Source: Anaeromyxobacteraceae bacterium (GTDB taxonomy: Bacteria > Myxococcota > Myxococcia > Myxococcales > Anaeromyxobacteraceae). Taken from it: 64,000 nt of DNA. The stretch covers positions 384,001-448,000 of the forward strand of contig JAULAX010000015.1 in the NCBI GenBank assembly GCA_032654565.1, written 5' to 3'. The position numbers and the translations under genes are program-made. The notes beneath the pieces were generated by a model. The model did no database searches. It saw only the letters and a program-made list of their open reading frames with translations, and was not told where the DNA came from. Of the stretch, positions 16,275-25,953 are shown piece after piece. How positions within the stretch are numbered: position 1 is the first letter of the stretch; each line of letters opens with the position of its first letter.

Positions 16275-16646
16275 CTACCCCGGCCCGCCCACCATGTCGC
16301 GCACCACCTCGAGGAGCTGCTTGTAGCTGAGCGGCTTGGCCACGTACGCGTCGCAGCCGGCCGCCTCGATCCGCTCGCGGTCGCCGAGCATGGCCAGCGC
16401 GGTGAGCGCCACGATCTTGATGGCGCGCGTGGCCGGGTCGGCCTTGAGCAGGCGGGTGGCCGCAAGGCCGTCCATGCCGGGGAGCTGCAGGTCCATCAGG
16501 ATCAGGGCCGGCAGCCGCTCCCGCGCCAGGCGGATCCCCTCCTCGGCGTCGGTGGCCTGCAGCACCTCGTGGTTCTTCTGCTGCAGCAGGAAGACCACCA
16601 GCTTCATGTTGGCGGCGTTGTCCTCGATCACCAGGATGCACGCCAT
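16275..16646 (-). CDS. Single-domain response regulator (CheY/DivK-like)
   Basis: ILVIEDN, LILMDLQLPGMDG, ALTA and KP motifs. Confidence 0.92.
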   Translation of the reverse strand: MACILVIEDNAANMKLVVFLLQQKNHEVLQATDAEEGIRLARERLPALILMDLQLPGMDGLAATRLLKADPATRAIKIVALTALAMLGDRERIEAAGCDAYVAKPLSYKQLLEVVRDMVGGPG

Positions 16647-16647
16647 C

Positions 16648-19600
16648 TCAGCCTCCCTTCCCGGCCATGGCCCGGCGGACCTCGCCGATGAAGCGGCCGT
16701 GGTTGAACTCCGACTTCTCCATCACGCCCTTGACGACGTGGTTGAGCCGGACCCGGTCCTCGGGCGTCACCTGCTTGGCGGTGACCACGATGATGGGGAG
16801 GCTGGCGGTGGCGGCGTCGCGCTTCAGGGCCTCCACCACCTCGAAGCCGCTCACCTCGGGCATCATCAGGTCGAGCACGATCAGGTCGGGCCGCTGCGCC
16901 CGCGCCACCTCGATCCCCTCCAGCCCGCCGTAGGCCGAGAGGATGCGGAACCCGGCCGCCATCAGGTAGGCGCCGAAGAGCTGGACCGCCTTGGGGTCGT
17001 CGTCGATCACCAGAACGGTGCGCCCCGCCCCGCCCTGGCTGGCGGGGAAGCCGACGGCGTCCAGGGCCCGGAGCAGCGCCACCCGCTCGACCGGCTTCTG
17101 CAGCACGTGGCTGGCGCCCAGCGAGAGGCCGCGCCCCTTGTCGGCGACGATCGAGATGATGACCACCGGGACCTCGGCGAACTGCGGGAAGGCCTTGAAG
17201 CGCTCCAGGAACTCCCAGCCGTCCATGCCCGGCAGCATGATGTCGAGGGTGATCAGGTCCGGCCGCTCCAGCGCGGCCTGGGCCAGGCCGGCCTCGGCGG
17301 TGGCGGCGCGCACCACCCGGAAGCCGCCGCCGGAGAGCTGCAGCCTGAGCAGCTCGGCCGACTTGTCGTCGTCCTCGATGACCAGCGCCAGGGGGAGCCG
17401 GGCGTCCGGCGTGACGGTGGCGGTGGAGGTCGTCACCCTGATCATCGGCGGCGCCACCGGCTCGCTGGCGGACGGCCGGTTGGCCTCGGTGTACCAGGGC
17501 AGCCAGACCGTGAAGGTCGAGCCCTGGCCCGGCGCGCTCTTCAGCCCCACGGTCCCGCCGTGCAGCTCGGCCAGCCGCTTCACCATCACCAGGCCGAGCC
17601 CGGTCCCCTCGTAGCGGCGCGACAGCGTGCTGTCGATCTGCGTGAAGGGCTGGAAGAGCCGGGCCTGGTCGGCCTCGGCGATGCCGATGCCGGTGTCGCT
17701 CACCGCCACCTCCAGGTACTGCTCGAAGCGGCCGTCGGGCACCGCCGCGCGCCCCACCCGGCGCACCGCCAGGCGCACCTCGCCCCCCTCGGGCGTGAAC
17801 TTCACGGCGTTGGAGAGCAGGTTGTAGAGCACCTGCTTCACCTTGCGCACGTCCAGCCAGGCCTCGCCGAGGTCGCCCGGCGCGTCGGCCACCAGGCGGA
17901 CCCGCTGGCCCAGCGCCTTCTCCCGCACCACCAGCAGGCTCCCCTCCACCAGCGCCGCCACCTGCAGCGGCTCCAGGTCGAGCGTCATCTTCCCGGCCTC
18001 CACCTTGGAGAGGTCGAGGATGTCGTTGATCAGCGAGAGCAGGTGGGTGCCGCTGGTGTAGATGTCGCCGATGTACTCCTTCTGCTTCGGGAGCACGTCC
18101 CCGGCCAGGCCGTCGCGGAGCACCTCGGAGAAGCCGATGATGGCGTTGAGCGGGGTGCGCAGCTCGTGGGACATGTTGGCGAGGAACTCCGACTTGGACC
18201 GGCTGGCCTCCTCGAGCTGCAGGTTCTTGACGGCGATCTCCTCGCCGCTGGCCCGGAGCTGCTCGGCCAGCAGCTTGAGATCGCTGTACTGCCGCATGTT
18301 GTCGAGCGCCACGCCGAGGGTGATGGCGAGGCGATCCAGGAAGGCCCGGTCGCCGTCGTCGAGCACCCGGCTGGTGGCCAGCACCAGCACGGCCAGCCGG
18401 CGGTTCTGGTAGCTGACCGGGATCATCAGCACCTGGGCCGGCGCGAAGTCGGCCAGCCCGGTCTGCAGCGTCAGCGTGGCGCAGTCGAGCAGCGTGGTCT
18501 GCCCCGCCTTGGCCGCCTGCCCCAGCAGCCCCTCGCCCAGCGAGAACTCGCGCAGGGTCTCGCCGCCCAGGCCGTGCGAGGCCTCGCGGGTGAAGGTGCC
18601 CTTCCACTCGTCGAAGCCGTAGAGCGCCGAGGCCGGGATGGGGTGCAGCTCGGCCAGCAGCGCCAGCAGCCCTTCGAGGATCTTCTGCCGGTCGAAGCTG
18701 GCGGCGAAGAGGGCCACCGCCCGGCCCTGGGTCTCGTCGAAGCGGGCGGTGGAGCGCAGCTGCCGCTCGGTGCGCTTGAAGGCGGTCACGTCGACGTTGA
18801 CGGCCAGGCCGCCGACCACGCTGCCGGCCGCGTCGCGCAGCGGCATGGCGTGGCTGGAGATGGTCTTGCGGGTGCCGTCGAAGCAGGCGATGTCCACCTG
18901 CTCGTCGCGGATGGTCTCGCCGCTCCGGAGCGCGCGGGCCAGCGCCCACTCCTCGGCGGCCAGCCGCCTGCCGCTCTCCGGCCACCAGCCGGCCAGCTCG
19001 GCCCCGTCGCCGATGCCGTCGGCGGGGTGGGCCCCTCCCCAGATGGCCCGCGCCGCGGGGTTGACCTGGGTGTACCTCCCGACCGCGTCGGCGACGAAGA
19101 CCCCCACCGGCAGCAGCTCCAGGACCTGGCCGAGCAGCCGGCTCTCGTGCAGGGCGTCGTCGGTGGTCTGCCGCTCGCCGCCGGCGCGGCGCACCCGCCA
19201 CCAGAGCAGCACCAGGCCGGCCAGGGCCAGCGCCACCAGCAGCGAGCCCACCGCCATGGCCTGGGTGGCGTTCTGCTGGGCGCGGTCGCTGCGCTCCTGG
19301 AGCAGGCTCCGCTCCTCCGCCTCCATGGCCTTGACCTGCTCGAGCGTCGCCAGCATGGCGGCGCGGGGCTCGCCGGCGCTGATCCGCTCGATGGCCGCCT
19401 TGAGCCCCTGGGTGCGGTAGGTCTCCAGGGTCTGGTCCATGAGCCTGATCCGCTCCTCGGCGCTGCGGGCCAGCGCGGCGGCGCGGAGCTGCTGGCGGGG
19501 GTTGTCCTCGGTGAGCAGCCCGATCCGGGCCAGGGCCGCCCGGACCAGGCTCCCCTCCTGCTCGTGCTGCTGCAGGAAGACCGCCTGGCCGGTGAGGATG

Positions 19601-19806
19601 TAGGAGCGCTGGCCGCTCTCCATCTCGCGGAGACCGGAGCGCACGTCGCCGAGCGCGTCGAGCACCTGGTAGGAGTGGGCCACCCAGGCGGAGGTCTCCA
19701 CGTACCCGCTGAGGGACCGGTACATCTGCCCGCCGGCCAGCAGGAGCAGCAACAGGGCGCCGGCGAAGCCGCCGACGACGCGGTACTCGATGCTCAGCCT
19801 CTTCAT
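16648..19806 (-). CDS. Hybrid histidine kinase: CHASE3-TM-PAS-GAF-HisKA-HATPase-REC-REC
   Basis: WVAHSYQV...ESGQRSYILTG (CHASE3), FLANMSHELRTPLN, NLLSNAVKFT, DTGIGI, GTGLGL and two receiver domains; start placed at ATG 19806. Confidence 0.93.
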   Translation of the reverse strand: MKRLSIEYRVVGGFAGALLLLLLAGGQMYRSLSGYVETSAWVAHSYQVLDALGDVRSGLREMESGQRSYILTGQAVFLQQHEQEGSLVRAALARIGLLTEDNPRQQLRAAALARSAEERIRLMDQTLETYRTQGLKAAIERISAGEPRAAMLATLEQVKAMEAEERSLLQERSDRAQQNATQAMAVGSLLVALALAGLVLLWWRVRRAGGERQTTDDALHESRLLGQVLELLPVGVFVADAVGRYTQVNPAARAIWGGAHPADGIGDGAELAGWWPESGRRLAAEEWALARALRSGETIRDEQVDIACFDGTRKTISSHAMPLRDAAGSVVGGLAVNVDVTAFKRTERQLRSTARFDETQGRAVALFAASFDRQKILEGLLALLAELHPIPASALYGFDEWKGTFTREASHGLGGETLREFSLGEGLLGQAAKAGQTTLLDCATLTLQTGLADFAPAQVLMIPVSYQNRRLAVLVLATSRVLDDGDRAFLDRLAITLGVALDNMRQYSDLKLLAEQLRASGEEIAVKNLQLEEASRSKSEFLANMSHELRTPLNAIIGFSEVLRDGLAGDVLPKQKEYIGDIYTSGTHLLSLINDILDLSKVEAGKMTLDLEPLQVAALVEGSLLVVREKALGQRVRLVADAPGDLGEAWLDVRKVKQVLYNLLSNAVKFTPEGGEVRLAVRRVGRAAVPDGRFEQYLEVAVSDTGIGIAEADQARLFQPFTQIDSTLSRRYEGTGLGLVMVKRLAELHGGTVGLKSAPGQGSTFTVWLPWYTEANRPSASEPVAPPMIRVTTSTATVTPDARLPLALVIEDDDKSAELLRLQLSGGGFRVVRAATAEAGLAQAALERPDLITLDIMLPGMDGWEFLERFKAFPQFAEVPVVIISIVADKGRGLSLGASHVLQKPVERVALLRALDAVGFPASQGGAGRTVLVIDDDPKAVQLFGAYLMAAGFRILSAYGGLEGIEVARAQRPDLIVLDLMMPEVSGFEVVEALKRDAATASLPIIVVTAKQVTPEDRVRLNHVVKGVMEKSEFNHGRFIGEVRRAMAGKGG

Positions 19807-19874
19807 GGAGCGTCCCCCCGGGATGGCGGGGACCGTAGCACCCCCCAACCGGGACGGCGGTCACGGGCCGGCCG

Positions 19875-20297
19875 TCACTTGGGGGGCGAGCTCGGCGCGG
19901 CGTGCTTCGCGGTGGCCAGCAGGTCGCGAACCCGGGTCGTGAGGTCGGCGCGGACGATGGGCTTGCTCAGGAAGCCCTCGGCGCCGCTGGCGACGGCCCG
20001 CCGCCTCGCGGGCAGGTCGTCGAGCGCCGTCACCATCATCACCGGGATCGACGAGGTGCGGGGATCGGCCTTGAGCCGGGCCAGGGTCTCGAAGCCGTCC
20101 AGGTCCGGCATCATGGCGTCGAGCAGGACCAGGTCCGGCCGCGTCGAGGCCGCCAGCAGGAGCGCCTCCATGCCGCTCATGGCGGCGACGGTGGCGTAGC
20201 CCTCGGCCCCCAGGAACGCCTCCAGCAGCTTGACGTTGGGTGCGCCGTCGTCGACGACGAGGATGGTGGTGGTCCGGGGTGGCGCGTCGGCTGGCAC
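19875..20297 (-). CDS. Single-domain response regulator
   Basis: ILVVDD, LVLLDAMMPDLDG, VTA and SKP motifs. Confidence 0.9.
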   Translation of the reverse strand: MPADAPPRTTTILVVDDGAPNVKLLEAFLGAEGYATVAAMSGMEALLLAASTRPDLVLLDAMMPDLDGFETLARLKADPRTSSIPVMMVTALDDLPARRRAVASGAEGFLSKPIVRADLTTRVRDLLATAKHAAPSSPPK

Positions 20298-20561
20298 CCG
20301 GCCAGACTAGCACCCGGCCGCGGGGGGAGCCCGGAGCGCGACCCGGCGTCGCGTCCCGGGAGCTGGCGTCCCGGGGAGGCCGCGTCCCGGGGGTCGATCG
20401 GGCGACGCGGACCCGGCGTTGCGTGCGACCTTTGGTCGCATCCGGCACCTCAGTGAAAGCGGCCGCTTACACCCCGCGAGTCGCACTCGCCGTGCGTGGA
20501 GTGTCCTGCGTACATTGCCCCCATGTCCGTGCTCAGGGTAAACCTCCCTTTCCGCACCGCC

Positions 20562-21014
20562 ATGATCAACCGCATCCTCATCCTCTGCACCGGCAACATC
20601 TGCCGAAGCCCCATGGCCGAGGCCCTGCTGCGCGCCCGGGCCGGCGCCCACCGCCCCTCCGTGGTGGTCGAGTCGGCCGGCCTGGCCGCCCCGGTGGGGC
20701 GCCCCGCCGATCCACTCGCCGTCACGCTGCTGGCCGGCCGCGGGCTCGACCTCTCCGCCCACCGCTCCCGCCAGCTCACCCCGGCCATGCTGGCCGCGGC
20801 CGACCTGGTGCTGGTGATGGACACCGCGCAGCAGCACCACCTGGAGCGGCTCTCGCCCGCCTCCCGCGGCCGCGTCCACCGGCTGGGGCGCTTCGGCGAC
20901 TTCGACATCCCCGATCCGTACCGGCGCGGCCTCCCGGCCTTCGAGCGATCGCTGCAGCTCATCGAGACCGGCCTCGGCGGCTTCGAGCGGCTGCTCTGGG
21001 CGGGGGCGGCGTGA
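20562..21014 (+). CDS. wzb: Low-molecular-weight protein-tyrosine phosphatase
   Basis: CTGNICRS P-loop and DIPDPY; upstream of wza/wzc. Confidence 0.92.
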   Translation: MINRILILCTGNICRSPMAEALLRARAGAHRPSVVVESAGLAAPVGRPADPLAVTLLAGRGLDLSAHRSRQLTPAMLAAADLVLVMDTAQQHHLERLSPASRGRVHRLGRFGDFDIPDPYRRGLPAFERSLQLIETGLGGFERLLWAGAA

Positions 21015-22144
21015 TCCGCCGGCAGGTCACGGGCGCCCTGGCCTCGCTGGCCGGGCTGCTGGCGCTCGGCGCCTCCGGCTGCGCCGCGGTCGGCCCCGGC
21101 ATGCACGTCTCCGGCTCGGCGGTGGAGGCGCGCGGCACCGAGAAGGCGCCCATCACCATCACCGAGCTCTCGCCGGCGCTGCTCACCGCCCAGGCCGAGG
21201 CCCGGGCCCGCGCCGCCACCACCCGGCCGCGCGATCCCCAGGCCGGCCAGCCGGGCCCGTACCTCTACCGGATCGCCCCGCACGACATCCTCTCGGTCAC
21301 GGTCTGGGACCACCCCGAGCTGACCATCCCGGCCGGCGAGTACCGCGCCGCCGACCTGGCCGGCAACGTGGTGCAGGGCGACGGCACCGTCTTCTACCCG
21401 CACGTCGGCGTGGTCGAGGTGGCCGGCCGCACCCTCCCGGAGATCCGCGCCCTCTTCACGCAGCGGCTCAAGAAGTGGGTGGAGAACCCGCAGCTCGACG
21501 TCCGGGTGGTCGGCTACCGCGGCCAGAAGGTGCAGGTGAGCGGCGAGGTGGTGCAGCCCTCCACCGTGCCCATCACCGACGTGCCGCTGCGGGTGCAGGA
21601 CGCCATCGCCCAGGCCAAGGGGCTCGGCCCGGCGGCCTGGCCGCGCGGCCTGACCCTGACCCGCGGCGGCGTGGTCCACGCCCTCGACCTGCAGGCGGCG
21701 TACGCCGAGGGCGACCGCTCGCAGGACTGGCTGCTGCAGGACGGCGACCTGCTCCACGTGCCGTCGCGCGAGCAGCACAAGGTCTTCGTGCTCGGCGAGG
21801 TCCGCAAGCCCTCCTCCAAGGTGATGGTGCGCGGCGCCATGAGCCTGGCCGAGGCCATCGGCGACTCGGAGGGCTTCGACCCGCTGAGCGCCAACCCCGG
21901 CGCCGTCTACGTCTTCCGCGGCCGCTACGAGGCCCCCAGCGTCTACCGGCTCGACGCCTCCAACGCCGACGCCCTGCTGCTGGCGGTGCAGTTCCAGCTC
22001 GAGCCGCTCGACGTGGTCTACGTGGCCGCCACCCGGCTGACCGACTGGAACCGGCTGGTGCAGCAGGTGCTCCCCACCATCCAGGGGCTCTGGCAGTCGG
22101 TGGATCTCGGCAACCGCGCCGCCACCGCCGTGCGGGGGAACTGA
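21011..22144 (+). CDS. wza: Polysaccharide export outer-membrane lipoprotein
   Basis: Lipobox ASGC, DILSVTVWDHPELT and C-terminal WNRLVQQVLPT helix; GTG overlaps the wzb stop. Confidence 0.92.
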   Translation: MIRRQVTGALASLAGLLALGASGCAAVGPGMHVSGSAVEARGTEKAPITITELSPALLTAQAEARARAATTRPRDPQAGQPGPYLYRIAPHDILSVTVWDHPELTIPAGEYRAADLAGNVVQGDGTVFYPHVGVVEVAGRTLPEIRALFTQRLKKWVENPQLDVRVVGYRGQKVQVSGEVVQPSTVPITDVPLRVQDAIAQAKGLGPAAWPRGLTLTRGGVVHALDLQAAYAEGDRSQDWLLQDGDLLHVPSREQHKVFVLGEVRKPSSKVMVRGAMSLAEAIGDSEGFDPLSANPGAVYVFRGRYEAPSVYRLDASNADALLLAVQFQLEPLDVVYVAATRLTDWNRLVQQVLPTIQGLWQSVDLGNRAATAVRGN

Positions 22145-22145
22145 C

Positions 22146-24347
22146 GTGACGCCCACCCCGCTGCCGCAGCCCCAGCCCGCCTGGGAGGCCGAGCCGCCCG
22201 GCGACCAGGTGGACCTGGCCGAGTACCTCCACCTGGTGCTCGACGCCCGCTGGCTGGTGGCGGCGTCGGTGGCCGTGGCCGTGGCCCTCGGCGGCGCCTG
22301 GGCCCTGCTGGCCACCCCGGTCTACCGCTCCGACGTGCTCATCCAGGTGGAGGAGAAGAAGGCCGGCATGGGGGCGCTCGGCGAGATCGCCGGGATGTTC
22401 GGCGACTCCTCCACCCCTGCCGAGACCGAGATCGAGATCCTGCGCTCGCGCACCGTGGCCGGCGCCGTGGTGGACGCGCTGCGGCTCGACGTCACCGCCG
22501 AGCCGAGGCGGCTGCCGATCATCGGCCGCGCCCTGGCCCGCAACCACCAGGGCGGCGGGCTGGCCTCGGCGCCCCCCGGCCTGGGGCGCTGGGGCTGGGG
22601 CGGCGAGCGGCTCCGCGTCGAGCGGCTGGAGGTGCCGGCGCCGCTGCTCGGCGAGCCGCTGGCGCTGGTGGCGGGCGTGGGCGGCCGCTTCGAGCTGCTC
22701 GGACCGGACGCCGGCACGCTCGGCGGCGGGCTGGTCGGCGTGGCGCTCAGCGCCGGCGGCGTCGAGCTGCTGGTGTCCGAGCTGCGCGCTCGCCCCGGCA
22801 CCCGCTTCGTGGTGACCCGGCAGAGCCGCGAGGCGGCCGTGGCGGCGCTGCAGGAGAAGCTGCAGGTGGGCGAGAAGGGGAAGAAGACCGGCATCATCGT
22901 GGCCTCGCTGGAGGGGCCGGACCCGGAGATGATCGCCGCCGTCCTCGACGCCGTGGCCACCGCCTACCAGCGCCAGAACGTGGAGCGCAAGAGCGCCGAG
23001 GCCGGCAAGACGCTGACCTTCCTGGAGACCCAGCTGCCGCTGGTCCGCGCCGGGCTGGAGACCGCCGAGCGCGAGCTGGAGCGCTACCGCACCGTCAAGG
23101 GCGGGCTCGAGGTCAGCCTGGCGGCGCAGGCGGTGGTGGCCCGCTCGGTGGAGGTGGAGAAGGCCGCCTCCGAGCTGCAGGTGGAGTACGCCGCGCTCCG
23201 CCAGCGCTTCACCGACACCCACCCGGCGCTGCTGGCGCTGCGCGACAAGCTGCGCCGGCTGGACGGCGAGCGGGCCCTGATCGGCGAGCGGCTCAAGCTG
23301 CTGCCCGAGGCCGAGCTGGAGAGCGCCCGGCGGCTGCGCGACGTCAAGGTGGCCAACGAGCTCTACCTGTCGCTGCTCAACCGGGCCCAGGAGCTGAAGG
23401 TGGTCAAGGAGGGGACGCTCGGCAACGTCCGCGTCCTCGACCCCGCCCTCCACGCCGACAAGCCGGTCTCGCCCCGCCGCGCCCAGGCGCTGCTGCTCTC
23501 GCTCTTCCTCGGGCTGGCCGGCGGCCTCGGGCTGGCCTTCGCCCGGCGCGCCCTCGACCAGGGGGTGGTGGACCCCGACCGGCTGGAGCGGGCCACCGGC
23601 ATCCCCATCTTCGCCCACGTGCCCTACAGCAAGCTGGAGGCGGGGCGCGCCACCGAGACCCAGCCCCCCGGCGCGGTGCAGCTGCTGGCGGCGGCCGACC
23701 CCCGCGACCTGGCCGTGGAGAGCCTGCGCAGCCTGCGCACCGCGCTGCTCTTCGCGCTGGTGGAGACCGGCAGCAAGGTGGTGGCGGTGGGCGGCCCGGC
23801 CCCCGGCGTCGGCAAGTCCTTCGTGATCGCCAACCTGGCCCACCTGCTGGCCGAGTCGGGCAAGCGGGTGGTGATCGTGGACTGCGACCTGCGCCGCGGC
23901 ACGCTCCACCGCGTCTTCGGCCAGCGGCGCGGCCTCGGGCTGGCCGACGTCATCGCCGGCCTGCCGCTGGAGGAGGCGCTGCGCCCCACCGGCCAGCCCC
24001 TGCTCGGCCTGCTCACCAGCGGCACCCTGCCGCCCAACCCGGCCGAGCTGCTCTCCAGCGAGCGGCTGGCCCGGCTGGTGGCGCTGCTCTCCGACCGCTA
24101 CGACCTGGTGCTGCTCGACACCCCGCCGGTGCTGGCGGTCACCGACGCGGTGCTGGTGGCCGGCCACGCCGGCGTCAACCTGCTGGTGGCCCGCTCCGGC
24201 GCCCACCCCATGCGCGAGCTGCTGGCGGCGGTCCGCCAGCTGGGGCGCGGGGGGATCCGCGTCAACGGCTTCGTGCTCAACGCCGTGCAGCTCGACCGCG
24301 GCCTGGGGCGGCGCAGCGCCTATCACTACCAGTACAAGTACGAGTGA
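22146..24347 (+). CDS. wzc: Polysaccharide co-polymerase/tyrosine autokinase
   Basis: Two TMs, ESLRSLRT, Walker A GPAPGVGKS, DCDLR, DTPP and C-terminal YHYQYKYE. Confidence 0.94.
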   Translation: MTPTPLPQPQPAWEAEPPGDQVDLAEYLHLVLDARWLVAASVAVAVALGGAWALLATPVYRSDVLIQVEEKKAGMGALGEIAGMFGDSSTPAETEIEILRSRTVAGAVVDALRLDVTAEPRRLPIIGRALARNHQGGGLASAPPGLGRWGWGGERLRVERLEVPAPLLGEPLALVAGVGGRFELLGPDAGTLGGGLVGVALSAGGVELLVSELRARPGTRFVVTRQSREAAVAALQEKLQVGEKGKKTGIIVASLEGPDPEMIAAVLDAVATAYQRQNVERKSAEAGKTLTFLETQLPLVRAGLETAERELERYRTVKGGLEVSLAAQAVVARSVEVEKAASELQVEYAALRQRFTDTHPALLALRDKLRRLDGERALIGERLKLLPEAELESARRLRDVKVANELYLSLLNRAQELKVVKEGTLGNVRVLDPALHADKPVSPRRAQALLLSLFLGLAGGLGLAFARRALDQGVVDPDRLERATGIPIFAHVPYSKLEAGRATETQPPGAVQLLAAADPRDLAVESLRSLRTALLFALVETGSKVVAVGGPAPGVGKSFVIANLAHLLAESGKRVVIVDCDLRRGTLHRVFGQRRGLGLADVIAGLPLEEALRPTGQPLLGLLTSGTLPPNPAELLSSERLARLVALLSDRYDLVLLDTPPVLAVTDAVLVAGHAGVNLLVARSGAHPMRELLAAVRQLGRGGIRVNGFVLNAVQLDRGLGRRSAYHYQYKYE

Positions 24348-25882
24348 GGCCAGGCCAGCTGCAGCCCGCCCTTCCAGTTCGGCTCGTTGCGCTGGAAGTC
24401 ACGGTTCCAGCGGAAGGCCAGCCCCAGCTCCAGCGAGGCCTCCAGCTCGCCGAGCCGCAGCAGCTGCCGGTACCCGGCCGCCACCTCCACGTCGTGGTCG
24501 CTGCTGCGCCCCGGCAGCGGGTCGATGCGGCTCCAGTAGACCTCCTCGTTGCGGGCGGTCCGCTCCAAAAAGCCGCCCACCCGGCCGGCGGCGGTGAGCA
24601 GGTCCACCGCCAGCCGCTGGGTGTCGCCCCCGGGGCCGACCGCGGCCCCCAGCAGCTGGCCGGCGTGGGTGTAGTCCACGCCGCTGCCGTGCGTGTAGAA
24701 GCTGGGCAGGCCGGACGGCGAGGCCGGTGGCCGGACGTCGTGCAGGCGGGCGGCCTCCAGCTGCACCCGCACCGTCCGGGCCCCGGCCCGCAGCAGCTTC
24801 TGGAACCCCGCCACCCAGCCCTGGGTCCGCCCCGGGTCGCGCAGCGTGGCCTCCAGGCTGGCCGCCCCGTCGTCGCGGGCCCACTCCCCGTAGAGCTCGA
24901 AGCCGGCCTCGGGCATGACCCAGCGGAACCAGCCGGTCACCACCTGGTTGTTCTCCGGCAGGTTGCCGCCGGGGATCAGCCGGCCGAACGGCCCGGCCAG
25001 GATCGAGAGCCCGTGGTTGCGCCGCAGGCTGGCGGCCGTCTCCACGAAGGCCCGGCCGCCGCCGAGGGTGAGGCCGGGGACCCAGCGCGGCTGCCAGGTG
25101 AGGACCAGCGCCGAGAACCACGGGTGGCCGCCGGCGGAGGCGAGGAAGCGCGAGCGGTCGAGCCGGCCCCAGAGCGCCAGCGCCTCCAGGGCGCCGAGCG
25201 GCGTCTCCACGGGCCTCGCGGTGCCGAGGAAGGCGTGCGGGAAGCCGGGCGCGTTGTCGGTGAGCAGCATGGCGTTGCGCAGCCCGGGGCCGAGCCAGAG
25301 GTTCTCGGTGGAGAGGCCGACCGCCGCGCCCCAGGCGTCCACCCGCAGGTAGCTCTGGCCCAGGCTGGCGGTGGCGGAGGGGCCGGCGCCGAAGCGCTGC
25401 GGCACGTCGAGCCCGTCGCCGTACCAGGGGTTCTGGAAGGCGCGGGCCCCGGCCTGGCCGGTGGGCACGGTCTCGAACCAGCGGTTCTGCTGCCAGGCCA
25501 GCTCCGGCGCCAGCGCCGCCGAGACCACCCCCCAGCGCCCGGCCACGCCGGCCCGCAGCCGCGTGGAGAGGCCGCGCCCGGCCACCTGCAGCCCGTCGTT
25601 GCCGCCGGAGGGGTACTGGCTGTTCCAGGTGGAGTCGAGGCGGGCCGGCAGGAGCACGCCGACGCGGTCGTCGCACCCGGGCTGCAGCTCGACGCCGCCT
25701 CGCCGGATGGCCTGCGAGGTGACCGGCGCCTCGCCGGCCAGCTCGGCCAGGCGGGCCCGGTCCTCGTCGGTGGTGCCGAGGCCCTCGCGGAGCCGCGCGG
25801 TGCCGGGCGCGCAGGGCGGCGCCTCGGCGGCGGCCGGGCCGGCCAGGAGCGTCATCAGCAGGGCGGCGGCGTGGGGGCGCAT
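24326..25882 (-). CDS. wzi: Capsule assembly Wzi-family outer-membrane protein
   Basis: Signal peptide; STENLWLGPGLRNAMLLTDNAPGFPH; GQLLGAAVGPGG; aromatic C-terminus; adjacent to wzc. Confidence 0.8.
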   Translation of the reverse strand: MRPHAAALLMTLLAGPAAAEAPPCAPGTARLREGLGTTDEDRARLAELAGEAPVTSQAIRRGGVELQPGCDDRVGVLLPARLDSTWNSQYPSGGNDGLQVAGRGLSTRLRAGVAGRWGVVSAALAPELAWQQNRWFETVPTGQAGARAFQNPWYGDGLDVPQRFGAGPSATASLGQSYLRVDAWGAAVGLSTENLWLGPGLRNAMLLTDNAPGFPHAFLGTARPVETPLGALEALALWGRLDRSRFLASAGGHPWFSALVLTWQPRWVPGLTLGGGRAFVETAASLRRNHGLSILAGPFGRLIPGGNLPENNQVVTGWFRWVMPEAGFELYGEWARDDGAASLEATLRDPGRTQGWVAGFQKLLRAGARTVRVQLEAARLHDVRPPASPSGLPSFYTHGSGVDYTHAGQLLGAAVGPGGDTQRLAVDLLTAAGRVGGFLERTARNEEVYWSRIDPLPGRSSDHDVEVAAGYRQLLRLGELEASLELGLAFRWNRDFQRNEPNWKGGLQLAWPHSYLYW

Positions 25883-25953
25883 GTACCCGGCGAGGCTATG
25901 CGAGCGGGGCGCGCCGCGTCCAGCCGGCGGCGGTCGCTTGACGGGGGGTCCGG

